Shown one piece after another: positions 9,241 through 17,604 of a stretch of 64,000 nt of DNA. The notes under the pieces were generated by a model that saw nothing but the letters and a program-made list of their open reading frames with translations, had not been told where the DNA came from and searched no databases. Each line of letters begins with the position of its first letter. Position 1 is the first letter of the stretch. This DNA comes from Acidimicrobiales bacterium (GTDB taxonomy: Bacteria; Actinomycetota; Acidimicrobiia; Acidimicrobiales; JAHEJN01). The DNA lies in contig JAHEJN010000002.1 in the NCBI GenBank assembly GCA_024638845.1, forward strand, positions 838-64,837, written 5' to 3'. A program made the position numbers and the translations under genes.

Positions 9241-9251
9241 CCTCTTCCTTC

Positions 9252-10097
9252 GTGCAGGTGGAACGGTTCTCGGGGACGGGCGGGGTCACCATTTCCGGTC
9301 TCGACGTCCGAGACGCCGACGAGGCCACGATCGCCGGGATCCGCGCCGCGGTCGTCGACCATGTCGTCGCCGTCCTGCCCGAGCAAGGGCTCTCCCCGGC
9401 CGAACAGGTTGCCTTCAGCCGCCGCTTCGGCGGGCCGGGCGAGGTTCCCTTCATCGAGCCGCTGGCCGATCACCCCGAGGTGATCGCCGTGGTGAAGGAG
9501 GCCACCGACGGAAATGCCCCGAACTTCGGCGGCGTGTGGCACTCCGACTTCAGCTTCCAGCCCGCGCCCCCGTCGTTCACCTTTCTCCAGGCCGTGACCG
9601 TTCCGGCCGTCGGTGGCGACACGGTGTGGGCCAACATGAAGCTGGCGTACCGGCACCTCGACGAGCGCCACAAACAGATCATCGCCGGTCTGTCGGCGGT
9701 GCATTCCGCAGTTGGCTCCTACAGCCCCGACCGACGTGACCTGTTCGACCGGATCTCGGGCATGACCGTCGACCCGTCGGCCGATGACTCCGACCGGGCG
9801 GTTCACCCGCTGGTGACCCGCCATCCCGAGTCGGGCGACGAGGTGCTGTTCTTCAACCGCGGGTATGTCGCGGGTATCGACGGTTGGTCGGCGGCCGACG
9901 CCCGGCCCCTACTGTCGCGTCTTCACCACCACTCGACCCACGTTCGCTTCAGCATTCGTCATCGCTGGTCGGCGAACGACCTGGTGATCTGGGACAACCG
10001 CAGTTCGCAGCACTTCGCGATGAACGACTACGCCGGCCAGCCGCGCCGCATGCACCGCACGACCTGCGCAGGTTCGACGCCCGACGCTGCGGGTTGA
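9252..10097 (+). CDS. TauD/TfdA family Fe(II)/2-oxoglutarate dioxygenase
   Basis: From ORF 9138..10097. Motifs: GGVWHSDFSF (HxD) and VIWDNRSSQH. The start is taken at GTG 9252, just after the upstream stop at 9240. Confidence 0.85.
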   Translation: MQVERFSGTGGVTISGLDVRDADEATIAGIRAAVVDHVVAVLPEQGLSPAEQVAFSRRFGGPGEVPFIEPLADHPEVIAVVKEATDGNAPNFGGVWHSDFSFQPAPPSFTFLQAVTVPAVGGDTVWANMKLAYRHLDERHKQIIAGLSAVHSAVGSYSPDRRDLFDRISGMTVDPSADDSDRAVHPLVTRHPESGDEVLFFNRGYVAGIDGWSAADARPLLSRLHHHSTHVRFSIRHRWSANDLVIWDNRSSQHFAMNDYAGQPRRMHRTTCAGSTPDAAG

Positions 10098-10110
10098 CTG
10101 CGCCCGAAGG

Positions 10111-11214
10111 TCAACCCGGCGTCGATGTCCAGGCGCACAGCAGAGCTTGCGGCAGAACCCAGCGACCAGCCTCTGTGAGCCGTAGCTCGTCGTCGATCAC
10201 CCCGACCTCTCGCCAGGTCTCCATGGCGACGGCGAAGGCCCACGCGAACCACGATCGTTCCTTCTCGGGGATGACGCTGGTGACCTCGGGACACCGATTC
10301 ACGTGGTCGACGAGGATCTCGCCGGACAGGACCTCTCCCGCGCCGGCGCGAACGCTGCCGATCACCGCACCGAGCCAGTCGGCCCATTCGAGCGACGCCA
10401 GCGCCTCCAGCTCCTGGACGGGCCGCCCGACCGAGTCTGACCACCGAATCAGCTCCGCGACGGGCTCCACCATCGCCGGGGCTCCCGGTGGTACCGCGCC
10501 GGCGAGCACGTCGGGCACGGCCGCCCGCAACGTCTGGACCGCAACGGCATCGGCGTCGGGATCCACCAGCGGCGAAGGAGCATCGGCGAGCCATCGAGGC
10601 TCGACGCTGTCGGCGCCGAGCAGGCCCAGGCGCGCTCGAAGCAACACCATGTTGGCGAGCTCCGCATCGTCGGGCACGCCGGGAGCCTCGGCGCGCCGAT
10701 CGATTGCGGCGGCTGCGCCCGCTGCCGCCGCAGTCGGGTCGATCGGGGCAACCGACCCCTCGTCGGCTGCGACCTCGAGCAGCCCATCGGCCTCCGTCAC
10801 GAACTCGATCCCGATCAGCACGCCATTTCCATCGACATCGACGAGCAGTACCTCCCGGTCGTCGGCCGCGTGAACCAGCTCGATCGCCAGCATCTCGGTG
10901 TCGCCGTCGGTGAGGCGCCACGCTCGGCCCGGCGCAGGGGCCGGTACCGCCGCCACCACTGCGGCGGCGCGGTCAGACGCAGGCCCCAGCCCGAGCGAGC
11001 CGATGATGGCGAGGAGGAGGTCGGCGGTGGGGTCTCGTCGCTCGAGCAGCCAGCTCACGAAAGTGGCGTCGTCGACCACCGGGTCCTCGGCCACGCCGGG
11101 TTCCCGCCAGAGGGCCAGCGCACTCGACACCCAGGCGGCACGTTCGCCGTCCCCGGCATCGGGCAGGATCCTCCTGGCCGACGCGAGCACCGCGCTGAAC
11201 AACGCGTCGTCCAT
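10111..11214 (-). CDS. Hypothetical protein (367 aa), no family recognised
   Basis: A long ORF with an ATG start, 23 nt from and divergent to fpg. Its amino-acid composition is normal, unlike the G/R/H-rich antisense ORFs. Confidence 0.55.
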   Translation of the reverse strand: MDDALFSAVLASARRILPDAGDGERAAWVSSALALWREPGVAEDPVVDDATFVSWLLERRDPTADLLLAIIGSLGLGPASDRAAAVVAAVPAPAPGRAWRLTDGDTEMLAIELVHAADDREVLLVDVDGNGVLIGIEFVTEADGLLEVAADEGSVAPIDPTAAAAGAAAAIDRRAEAPGVPDDAELANMVLLRARLGLLGADSVEPRWLADAPSPLVDPDADAVAVQTLRAAVPDVLAGAVPPGAPAMVEPVAELIRWSDSVGRPVQELEALASLEWADWLGAVIGSVRAGAGEVLSGEILVDHVNRCPEVTSVIPEKERSWFAWAFAVAMETWREVGVIDDELRLTEAGRWVLPQALLCAWTSTPG

Positions 11215-11237
11215 CGGGGCAACGGTAGCGTGACCAG

Positions 11238-12035
11238 GTGCCCGAGCTGCCCGAGGTCGAGACGATCCGTCGTGCCTTGGAGCCGGAGCTGGTCGGTCGA
11301 CGTCTCCGGCATCCGTGGGCCTTCGCCTCGCCCAAGTTCACCCCTGCCCTGCTCGCCGACGATGTTCGGGTCGTGCACGTGCGTCGCCGGGCGAAGTACC
11401 TCCTGCTCGGGCTGCACGACGACCATGAGCTGGTCGTTCATCTCGGGATGACCGGCACCGTCCATCTCGGCGAAGCCATCGACGACGGCTACGTACGGGC
11501 CCGGTGGGCGCTCGACGACGACCGCACGCTCACCTTTCGCGACGTGCGCCGATTCGGTCGCCTGCGCGTGGTTCCCACCGGCGACTATCGCACCATACCC
11601 ACGCTCGCGACCGCCGGCCCCGAGCCGTTCGACCCGGAGTTCGACGGTGCCCACCTGTACGCCGCGGTCAAGCAGAGCCGCCGGCACGTGAAGACCCAGC
11701 TCCTCGCGCAGCGGGCCGTGGCCGGGCTGGGCAACATCTACGCCGACGAGGCGCTCTGGCTGGCCCGCGTGAATCCCGCGGTGCGGACGCTCACCCGTCG
11801 ACAGGCCGATGCGCTGGCTGAAGCCATCGTCGAGGCTCTCGGCGATGGCGTACGCAACGGGGGCACGACCCTGCGCGACTACCGCACCGTCGACGGCGAG
11901 ACCGGGCGCAACCAGCACCATCTCCACGCCTACGGACGCGCCGGCCAGACCTGCGATCGGTGCTCGACCGAGCTGCAGAGCCGGGTACTCGACGCCCGGA
12001 CCACCACCTGGTGCCCGACCTGCCAACGTCGGTGA
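11238..12035 (+). CDS. mutM: Formamidopyrimidine-DNA glycosylase
   Basis: N-terminal MPELPEVETIRR (catalytic Pro2/Glu3) and a C-terminal zinc finger CDRC...CPTCQRR. Confidence 0.95.
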   Translation: MPELPEVETIRRALEPELVGRRLRHPWAFASPKFTPALLADDVRVVHVRRRAKYLLLGLHDDHELVVHLGMTGTVHLGEAIDDGYVRARWALDDDRTLTFRDVRRFGRLRVVPTGDYRTIPTLATAGPEPFDPEFDGAHLYAAVKQSRRHVKTQLLAQRAVAGLGNIYADEALWLARVNPAVRTLTRRQADALAEAIVEALGDGVRNGGTTLRDYRTVDGETGRNQHHLHAYGRAGQTCDRCSTELQSRVLDARTTTWCPTCQRR

Positions 12036-12113
12036 CACGGTTCGAGTTGCACATCGGCTCGGGCGCGACTAGCAATGCAAGCTCGAACGCAGCGGGCGGA
12101 GTGCCGCTGATCG

Positions 12114-12145
12114 GTCGGGCCCGGTCGTTGACGACCGGGCCCGAC
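12114..12145 (+). terminator. Perfect 14-bp GC-rich hairpin downstream of fpg (possible tail-less terminator)
   Basis: gtcgggcccggtcg-ttga-cgaccgggcccgac, 79 nt after the fpg stop. No U tract follows it. Confidence 0.4.
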
Positions 12146-12317
12146 GGGTCTCTGCGGTGACCGCTGACACCCTCGTCGGAACCGAGCCGATCGCCCTCTA
12201 CACTCTGTATGGCTCTCTCGGCTGACCATTCGGTGTCGCCACGGATTCGCACCCACGAGAGCACGCCGGGCGGGATCGGCGTCTGAATCAACCCCCTTCG
12301 CCCCACTGGAGATCACG

Positions 12318-12608
12318 ATGGCCTCGAGCAGAACGACATTCGAGAAACTGCAGCGAGATCGGGCCAAAGCCGCCAAGAAGGCGCTGAAGCAGCAGAAGCG
12401 AGTCGAACGCAAGGCCGACGAGGTCGAGGAGACCATGGCCACCGAGCGCTCCGAGAGCCCGCTGGTGCCCGACAAGGACTCGCTCTCACCGGGAGAGCTC
12501 CTCGAAACGGTCGAGCGCCTCCACAACAGCTTCGCCAACGACGAGATCAGCTTCGACGAGTTCGAAGAGGCCAAGGCCGAGCTGATGGCCATGATCCAGG
12601 TCGACTGA
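12318..12608 (+). CDS. Hypothetical small protein with a basic N-terminus and an acidic SHOCT-like C-terminus
   Basis: 96-aa ORF with an ATG start. The C-terminal ISFDEFEEAKAELMAMI resembles the SHOCT short C-terminal motif. Confidence 0.5.
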   Translation: MASSRTTFEKLQRDRAKAAKKALKQQKRVERKADEVEETMATERSESPLVPDKDSLSPGELLETVERLHNSFANDEISFDEFEEAKAELMAMIQVD

Positions 12609-12621
12609 CCCGGCGGTTCAG

Positions 12622-13035
12622 CTACCGGCCGTCGGTCGGAGGTGCAGCACGATCCAATGCGGCCCGCACACGGCTCCCCGCGGCGCCGATTCTGAACGAG
12701 GGCCCCGCGTACCGCTGGTCGCGGCCACGGGCAATGTCGAGCACGGCGTTCACGCTCCACACGATCGAGAACCGCCGGCCGACATAGCTGGCCGGAGACC
12801 CGGCCGGGAGCAGCAGGTCGACCTCGTGGTCGCCCGACGTCGACGACACCGGCACCTCGGCGGTCACTCGGGACCCCGCCACTTCGTGGTGCTCACCGTC
12901 GAGGACGATGTCGGCCTGCGCCGAGACACGGATGGCGCGGGCCTCGGCGGCAACGCCCTTCCACTCGACCGCAACCCGGATCGAGTCGCCGGCCTCGACA
13001 TCGGCGTCTCGGGCAACGAGCTCCAGGCCGATCAC
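12622..13035 (-). CDS. Hypothetical protein, arrestin/Spo0M-like beta-sandwich (C-lobe-like)
   Basis: From ORF 12622..13074(-). GTG at 13035 overlaps the upstream stop (GTGTGA). The pattern PASYVGRRFSIVWSVNAVLDIARGRDQ resembles arrestin-like/Spo0M signatures. The fold assignment is inference only. Confidence 0.5.
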   Translation of the reverse strand: MIGLELVARDADVEAGDSIRVAVEWKGVAAEARAIRVSAQADIVLDGEHHEVAGSRVTAEVPVSSTSGDHEVDLLLPAGSPASYVGRRFSIVWSVNAVLDIARGRDQRYAGPSFRIGAAGSRVRAALDRAAPPTDGR

Positions 13036-13511
13036 ACGGTCACCTGCGCCGCGACGGGAAGCACGCGCTCGCAATCGACATGGGTTCCGTCAGCAGCATC
13101 GACCCGAACCGCAATGACCCAGCGAATCGAGGCCGCACGCGTGTGGACGCTCGCAGGGAAGCCCGACGCCGGTACTCGAACCACCAGGTCGGCCTCGACC
13201 AGATCGGCCGTCGAGTGATCGACGATCTCGATCGGCACCCGCCCCACGGGTTCGGCCTCGGGCTCGCCGCCCACCACCTCTTCGCACCGCAGCACGGCGC
13301 GTATGACGGCGCCGTCGGCCCCGCCCGGCGTTCGGGGCCGACGGCGGTGTCGAGCGACGATCTGGCCACCCAGTGGAACCGGTTCGTCGTGCGGGATGAA
13401 CAGCTCCGCGTTGTGCCACGGATCTTCGCGTCGTCGCCTGACGACCGCTGCGCCGACGAGGGCCACGACGACGGCCGCGACCGTCGCACCGATCACGATG
13501 GGCAGGATCAT
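13032..13511 (-). CDS. Membrane-anchored hypothetical protein, arrestin-like beta-sandwich (N-lobe-like)
   Basis: N-terminal TM MILPIVIGATVAAVVVALVGAAVVRRRR, followed by a beta-rich region (IRAVLRCEEVV..., ASIRWVIAVRVD). Confidence 0.5.
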   Translation of the reverse strand: MILPIVIGATVAAVVVALVGAAVVRRRREDPWHNAELFIPHDEPVPLGGQIVARHRRRPRTPGGADGAVIRAVLRCEEVVGGEPEAEPVGRVPIEIVDHSTADLVEADLVVRVPASGFPASVHTRAASIRWVIAVRVDAADGTHVDCERVLPVAAQVTV

Positions 13512-13582
13512 CGAATCGTCGATTCGCGCCGACAGCAGTCCACTGCGTCGAGAGTATCGGCCGAGCAGTACCCTCGGCCTCC

Positions 13583-14650
13583 GTGGCCGTGACTTCCGAC
13601 TTCCGAGTGCTGCAGAAGCAGAATCGCCGTCGGACCCAGCTGCTCCTGGCGGCGACCTTCGTGCTGTTGGCCGTGGTCGGAATCGTCGCGGCGGCTGCCT
13701 TGGGGTTCGGTGTCATCGGCACTGTGGGCTTCGTGCTCCTGGCGCTGGCCCTCACCCTGTTCGCGTACCGAGCAGCAGACCGAATTGCCCTGAGGTCGAA
13801 TCGGGCCGAGACCGCCGATCCGAACGAGTATCGTCAGCTCCACAACCTCGTCGACGGGCTCTGCATCGCCTCAGGCCTTCCGAAGCCACATGTCTACGTG
13901 GTCGACGATCCTGCGCCCAATGCCTTCGCCACGGGCCTCCGGCCGGAGAACGCATCGATAGCGGTGACCACGGGGCTCCTCGACAAGCTCAACCGACAGG
14001 AGCTCGAAGGCGTCGTCGCCCACGAACTGGCCCACATCCGCAACCACGACATCCGCGTGATGACCGTCGCGGTGGCCACCGCCGGGGTCATCGCGCTGAT
14101 CGCCGACATCTTCTGGCGGGCGCTCTGGTGGGGTGGCATCAACGGTGGACGGCGCGATCGGAGCCGGGAGAACGGCACCAATCCCGTCATCCTCATCGGC
14201 TTCGTGGTCGTAGTGGTGCTGGCGCCCGTCGCCGCTGCCCTTTTGCGGGCCGCGATCAGTCGCAGCCGCGAAGGCCTAGCCGATGCGTCGGCGGTCGAGT
14301 TCACCAGGAACCCCGGAGGCCTCCGCTCGGCGCTGGAGAAGCTGCGCGACGACGTGACGGTGGTACGGCACACGTCGCACGCCACCTCGCATCTCTGGAT
14401 CGAGTCGCCCGACGATCGCACCAAGGGCGACAAGGGTGCGTGGTTCAACGGTTTGTTCGACACCCACCCGCCGCTCGGGGAACGCATCGACGTGCTGCGC
14501 GCCATGGAGTTCGCCCGGGTCGGTGACTCCTCGGCCGCGACGCCGGAGACCCTCCTCCAACCCGCTCCCGGCTGGTACCGCGACCCCACCGGGTCGGGCC
14601 CCGAGCAACGATGGTGGGACGGCGACCGCTGGACCGAGCACACCAACTGA
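13583..14650 (+). CDS. htpX: M48 family zinc metalloprotease HtpX with a C-terminal DUF2510-like W-rich tail
   Basis: HELAHIRNHD (HExxH), multiple TM segments, and a C-terminal GWYRDPTGSGPEQRWWDGDRWTEH. Confidence 0.9.
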   Translation: MAVTSDFRVLQKQNRRRTQLLLAATFVLLAVVGIVAAAALGFGVIGTVGFVLLALALTLFAYRAADRIALRSNRAETADPNEYRQLHNLVDGLCIASGLPKPHVYVVDDPAPNAFATGLRPENASIAVTTGLLDKLNRQELEGVVAHELAHIRNHDIRVMTVAVATAGVIALIADIFWRALWWGGINGGRRDRSRENGTNPVILIGFVVVVVLAPVAAALLRAAISRSREGLADASAVEFTRNPGGLRSALEKLRDDVTVVRHTSHATSHLWIESPDDRTKGDKGAWFNGLFDTHPPLGERIDVLRAMEFARVGDSSAATPETLLQPAPGWYRDPTGSGPEQRWWDGDRWTEHTN

Positions 14651-14712
14651 ACAGCCCGGTCGGCGGGCCCAGCCGCGCTCACCGCGCCCACGCCGGCCGG
14701 TACCGTATCGAC

Positions 14713-16077
14713 GTGCCGATTCGGCTCCCCCTCGCATTGCTCCTCCTCGTCGCCTTCCTCGCCGCCTGCTCGTCAGAGCCGTCGGTCTCGGCGCGCGATC
14801 AAGTGGCCGAGGCCGTCCCGACCCCCACCGAAGCGCCGACGGCAACGGCTGAATCCGAGTCCGACGCACCCGTCGCACCGGTCGACGAACCACCGGCCGA
14901 GGACACCGATGGGAGCCGAATAGCGATCCAGGCCGCCGATTCCATCCTCACGGTGCTCCCCGACGGATCCGATCCGATCGCCCTCGGTGACGCCGCGAAC
15001 CTGAACGCACAACCGACATGGTCCGCCGATGCCGGGTTCATCGCCTGGTCGAGCACCGATCCCCTGTCGGGCGCGACGGCCGTCGCTGCGAGCCGCTTCG
15101 ACGGTTCGGCGGCCCACCGCGCCGACACCGCCGGGCCCGTCTCGGCCATCGCGTGGGACGCGACCTCGAGCGTGATCGCCTACCTGGCCGGCGTGCCGTC
15201 GGGCCAACAGCTGTCGACGGCGGCCATCGTCGAACCCGGACCCGAGCAGGCCATCGACACCGGCTCGCCGTACTGGTTCACCTGGGCTCCCACCGACCAG
15301 GAGTTCCTGGTGCATGCCGACGGATTCCGAGTCGACCGCGTCACCCTCGACGGCACCACCGTCGGCCTCAGCACCGAGAGTGCCGGCTTCCAGACGCCGG
15401 TGTGGCTGAACGCCGAACGGGCCCTCCTCTTCGCCGACGACGAGCCCGATGGTGCAGCACTGGTGAGCACCGGCGAGGAGGGCGAAGGACGGCGCCCGCT
15501 GATCGACTTCGACGGCTACCTGCGAATCGTCGCCAACCCCGACGCGAATCGGGTGGCGGTGCACGTGAACGAGCGGGCTCCGGACGTGGCGGAGATCATC
15601 ACCGCGGCGTTCCAGACCGAACCCGTCGCCCCGACGTCGATCGACCGGGGTCGGCTCACCGTCGTCTCGGTGTTCGGCGGCTCACCGGTGAGCGTCGACC
15701 GCCTGGCTGCCGAGGCGTTCCTGTGGGACGCCCAGGGTCAGATCCTGGCGTACCTCGTCCAGATCAGCGAGGGCGACGAACCCTGGTTCGAGTGGCGGTT
15801 CTTCGGTCCTGACGGCATCACGAGCGGACCGTTGCATCAGCTGACCGACGTGTTCACGCGCAACTACCTCCCCTACTTCGATCAGCTGGCCAACGACGTC
15901 ACCTTCTTCTCGCCCGATGCATCGCAGTTCGTGTTCGCCGGCCGCACCCTCGATGGAGACGAGGGCATCTGGATGCACACGATCGGCGACGCCTCGACCG
16001 TCACGCGTATCGCCGATGGAGAGTTCGCCACATGGTCGCCCGGTCCGGCCGGCGGCGGCGGACGCAGCGTGCTGTGA
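14713..16077 (+). CDS. Lipoprotein, probable TolB-like beta-propeller
   Basis: From ORF 14611..16077. GTG at 14713 gives VPIRLPLALLLLVAFLAACSSE (lipobox). The body has repetitive W/F-containing strands (PTWSADAGFIAWSS, FTWAPTDQEFLV, FFSPDASQFVFAG). The fold assignment is inference. Confidence 0.6.
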   Translation: MPIRLPLALLLLVAFLAACSSEPSVSARDQVAEAVPTPTEAPTATAESESDAPVAPVDEPPAEDTDGSRIAIQAADSILTVLPDGSDPIALGDAANLNAQPTWSADAGFIAWSSTDPLSGATAVAASRFDGSAAHRADTAGPVSAIAWDATSSVIAYLAGVPSGQQLSTAAIVEPGPEQAIDTGSPYWFTWAPTDQEFLVHADGFRVDRVTLDGTTVGLSTESAGFQTPVWLNAERALLFADDEPDGAALVSTGEEGEGRRPLIDFDGYLRIVANPDANRVAVHVNERAPDVAEIITAAFQTEPVAPTSIDRGRLTVVSVFGGSPVSVDRLAAEAFLWDAQGQILAYLVQISEGDEPWFEWRFFGPDGITSGPLHQLTDVFTRNYLPYFDQLANDVTFFSPDASQFVFAGRTLDGDEGIWMHTIGDASTVTRIADGEFATWSPGPAGGGGRSVL

Positions 16078-17582
16078 CCCGCCGCCGCATCCGCATCCTC
16101 GTCGTCATGGTTGTCGTTGCGATGCTCGGCGTCTCGGCGGTCAACGAGCGGCCCGCCGTCGCGCAGCTCGACGTCGACGAGCTGGCCCAGACCGAAGCCG
16201 AGATCCTCGCTCGTCAGGCTGAGCTCGATGCCGAGATCGCCGTCGCCCGCCAGGGCGTCGCCGAAGCCGAGTCGGCCCTGGTCCGGGCCCAGGCCGACCG
16301 GATACTGCTCCGACGCGACCTGGCCGACGCTCACCACCGCGACGACCGCGCGGCGGCAGCCCTGCGCTCACTGGCGGTGCAACGCTACGTGCTCGGCGAC
16401 CCGCGGATCGACGACTTCGTGAACGAGATCCTCCAAGAGCGGGCGACGGTCGAGCCGGCCATCGAGCGAGCCCTGTACGCCCAGGTGCTCGAAGAGGCCA
16501 TCGACTCGGCCGACGGCACCGACGCCGTGCTCGACGATCTTCGCGACCGGCTCGACGCCCGCCTCGCCGAGATCGACGAGAGAACCGCGGAGCTACCCGT
16601 GCTCCGGGGCGCCGTCACCGTGCTCGAGGCCGCCAAGAGCGCAACCGATGTCGAGCTCACCGCCATTCGCGACGAGCTCGACTGGGAACGATCGCTGCTT
16701 CGGAGGGCGAGACTGACCGGCCGCGACGACGGCACCGACAACAGCCGCCCCGTGTTGGCCGTGAAGATCGACAACGTCACCCAGGCTCGACCCCAGACCG
16801 GCATCAACCAGGCCGACGTCGTGTTCGAGGAGCTGGTGGAAGGTGACCTCACCCGTCTGGTCGGGCTGTTCCATTCCACCGGCTCGGATCCGGTGGGGCC
16901 GATCCGATCGGTGCGTACCAGCGACGTGCACATCCTGGCGAACCTCAACCGACCGTTGCTGGGGAACTCGGGCGGCAACCCGGGTGTGATGGAGGCCCTG
17001 CGGGCCTCTCCCGTCATCGACGTCGGAGCCCTGAGCCCGATCGCGGCCCGCTATTTCCGCTCGCCGGACAAGCCGGCGCCGAACAACCTCTTCTCGACGA
17101 CCACCGACCTGTGGGCGGCCGGCCAGGGATCCGAGGCCGGTGCCGCTCCCCCGCTGTTCTCGTTCCGCCGCCCGGATCGACCGTGGGGTGGCGACGCCCA
17201 GCCGACCAGCGGCGTCGACATCGACTACGGCGCCAACTTCGTCAGCTACCGATGGGATGCGACATCGCAACAGTTCCTGCGGTCCCAGGGCGGTTCCCCT
17301 CACGTCGACTCGGCCGGTGCCCAGGTGGCCCCCACCAACGTGATCGTGCAGATCACCGGATACCGACCGACCGTGTTCGCGCAGTTCTCCCCCGAGGCGC
17401 AGGTCGAGGGCGAGGGTGAGGTCTTCGTATTCGCCGGCGGCGAGGTCCGAACCGGTACCTGGCGACGCAACGGCCCCGAGGCGCCGACGCGCTACCTGGA
17501 CACCGCCGGCAACGAGATCGAGCTGTTGCCGGGCTCCACGTGGATCGCCCTGGCCCCACCCGGCTCGGTCACGGTTCGCTGA
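16074..17582 (+). CDS. DUF3048 domain protein with an N-terminal coiled coil
   Basis: GTG at 16074 overlaps the upstream TGA (GTGA). A TM/signal segment is followed by about 200 aa of coiled coil. The DUF3048-like core then reads PVLAVKIDNVTQARPQTGINQADVVFEELVEG..TRL..LFHS. Confidence 0.75.
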   Translation: MTRRRIRILVVMVVVAMLGVSAVNERPAVAQLDVDELAQTEAEILARQAELDAEIAVARQGVAEAESALVRAQADRILLRRDLADAHHRDDRAAAALRSLAVQRYVLGDPRIDDFVNEILQERATVEPAIERALYAQVLEEAIDSADGTDAVLDDLRDRLDARLAEIDERTAELPVLRGAVTVLEAAKSATDVELTAIRDELDWERSLLRRARLTGRDDGTDNSRPVLAVKIDNVTQARPQTGINQADVVFEELVEGDLTRLVGLFHSTGSDPVGPIRSVRTSDVHILANLNRPLLGNSGGNPGVMEALRASPVIDVGALSPIAARYFRSPDKPAPNNLFSTTTDLWAAGQGSEAGAAPPLFSFRRPDRPWGGDAQPTSGVDIDYGANFVSYRWDATSQQFLRSQGGSPHVDSAGAQVAPTNVIVQITGYRPTVFAQFSPEAQVEGEGEVFVFAGGEVRTGTWRRNGPEAPTRYLDTAGNEIELLPGSTWIALAPPGSVTVR

Positions 17583-17604
17583 GGGCGCAACTAGGTTGGG
17601 GCGC

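Noticed and set aside
12036-12317. A 280-bp intergenic region after fpg, examined for a tRNA (including tRNA-Sec), riboswitch or 6C-type sRNA. It contains a GGTTCGAGT T-loop-like string near 12044-12052 and a 14-bp hairpin.
   Set aside because: The T-loop-like string lacks complementary T-stem arms and an acceptor stem on either strand. There are no C-rich loops of the 6C type and no riboswitch core I can recognise. Only the hairpin is reported, as a possible terminator. I cannot exclude an sRNA.
13020-13045. A frameshifted pseudogene interpretation of the 12622..13074 / 13032..13511 ORF pair.
   Set aside because: The junction is a clean GTGTGA start/stop overlap of the type used repeatedly in this window for translational coupling, so I annotate two genes. 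A sequencing frameshift cannot be excluded without orthologs.
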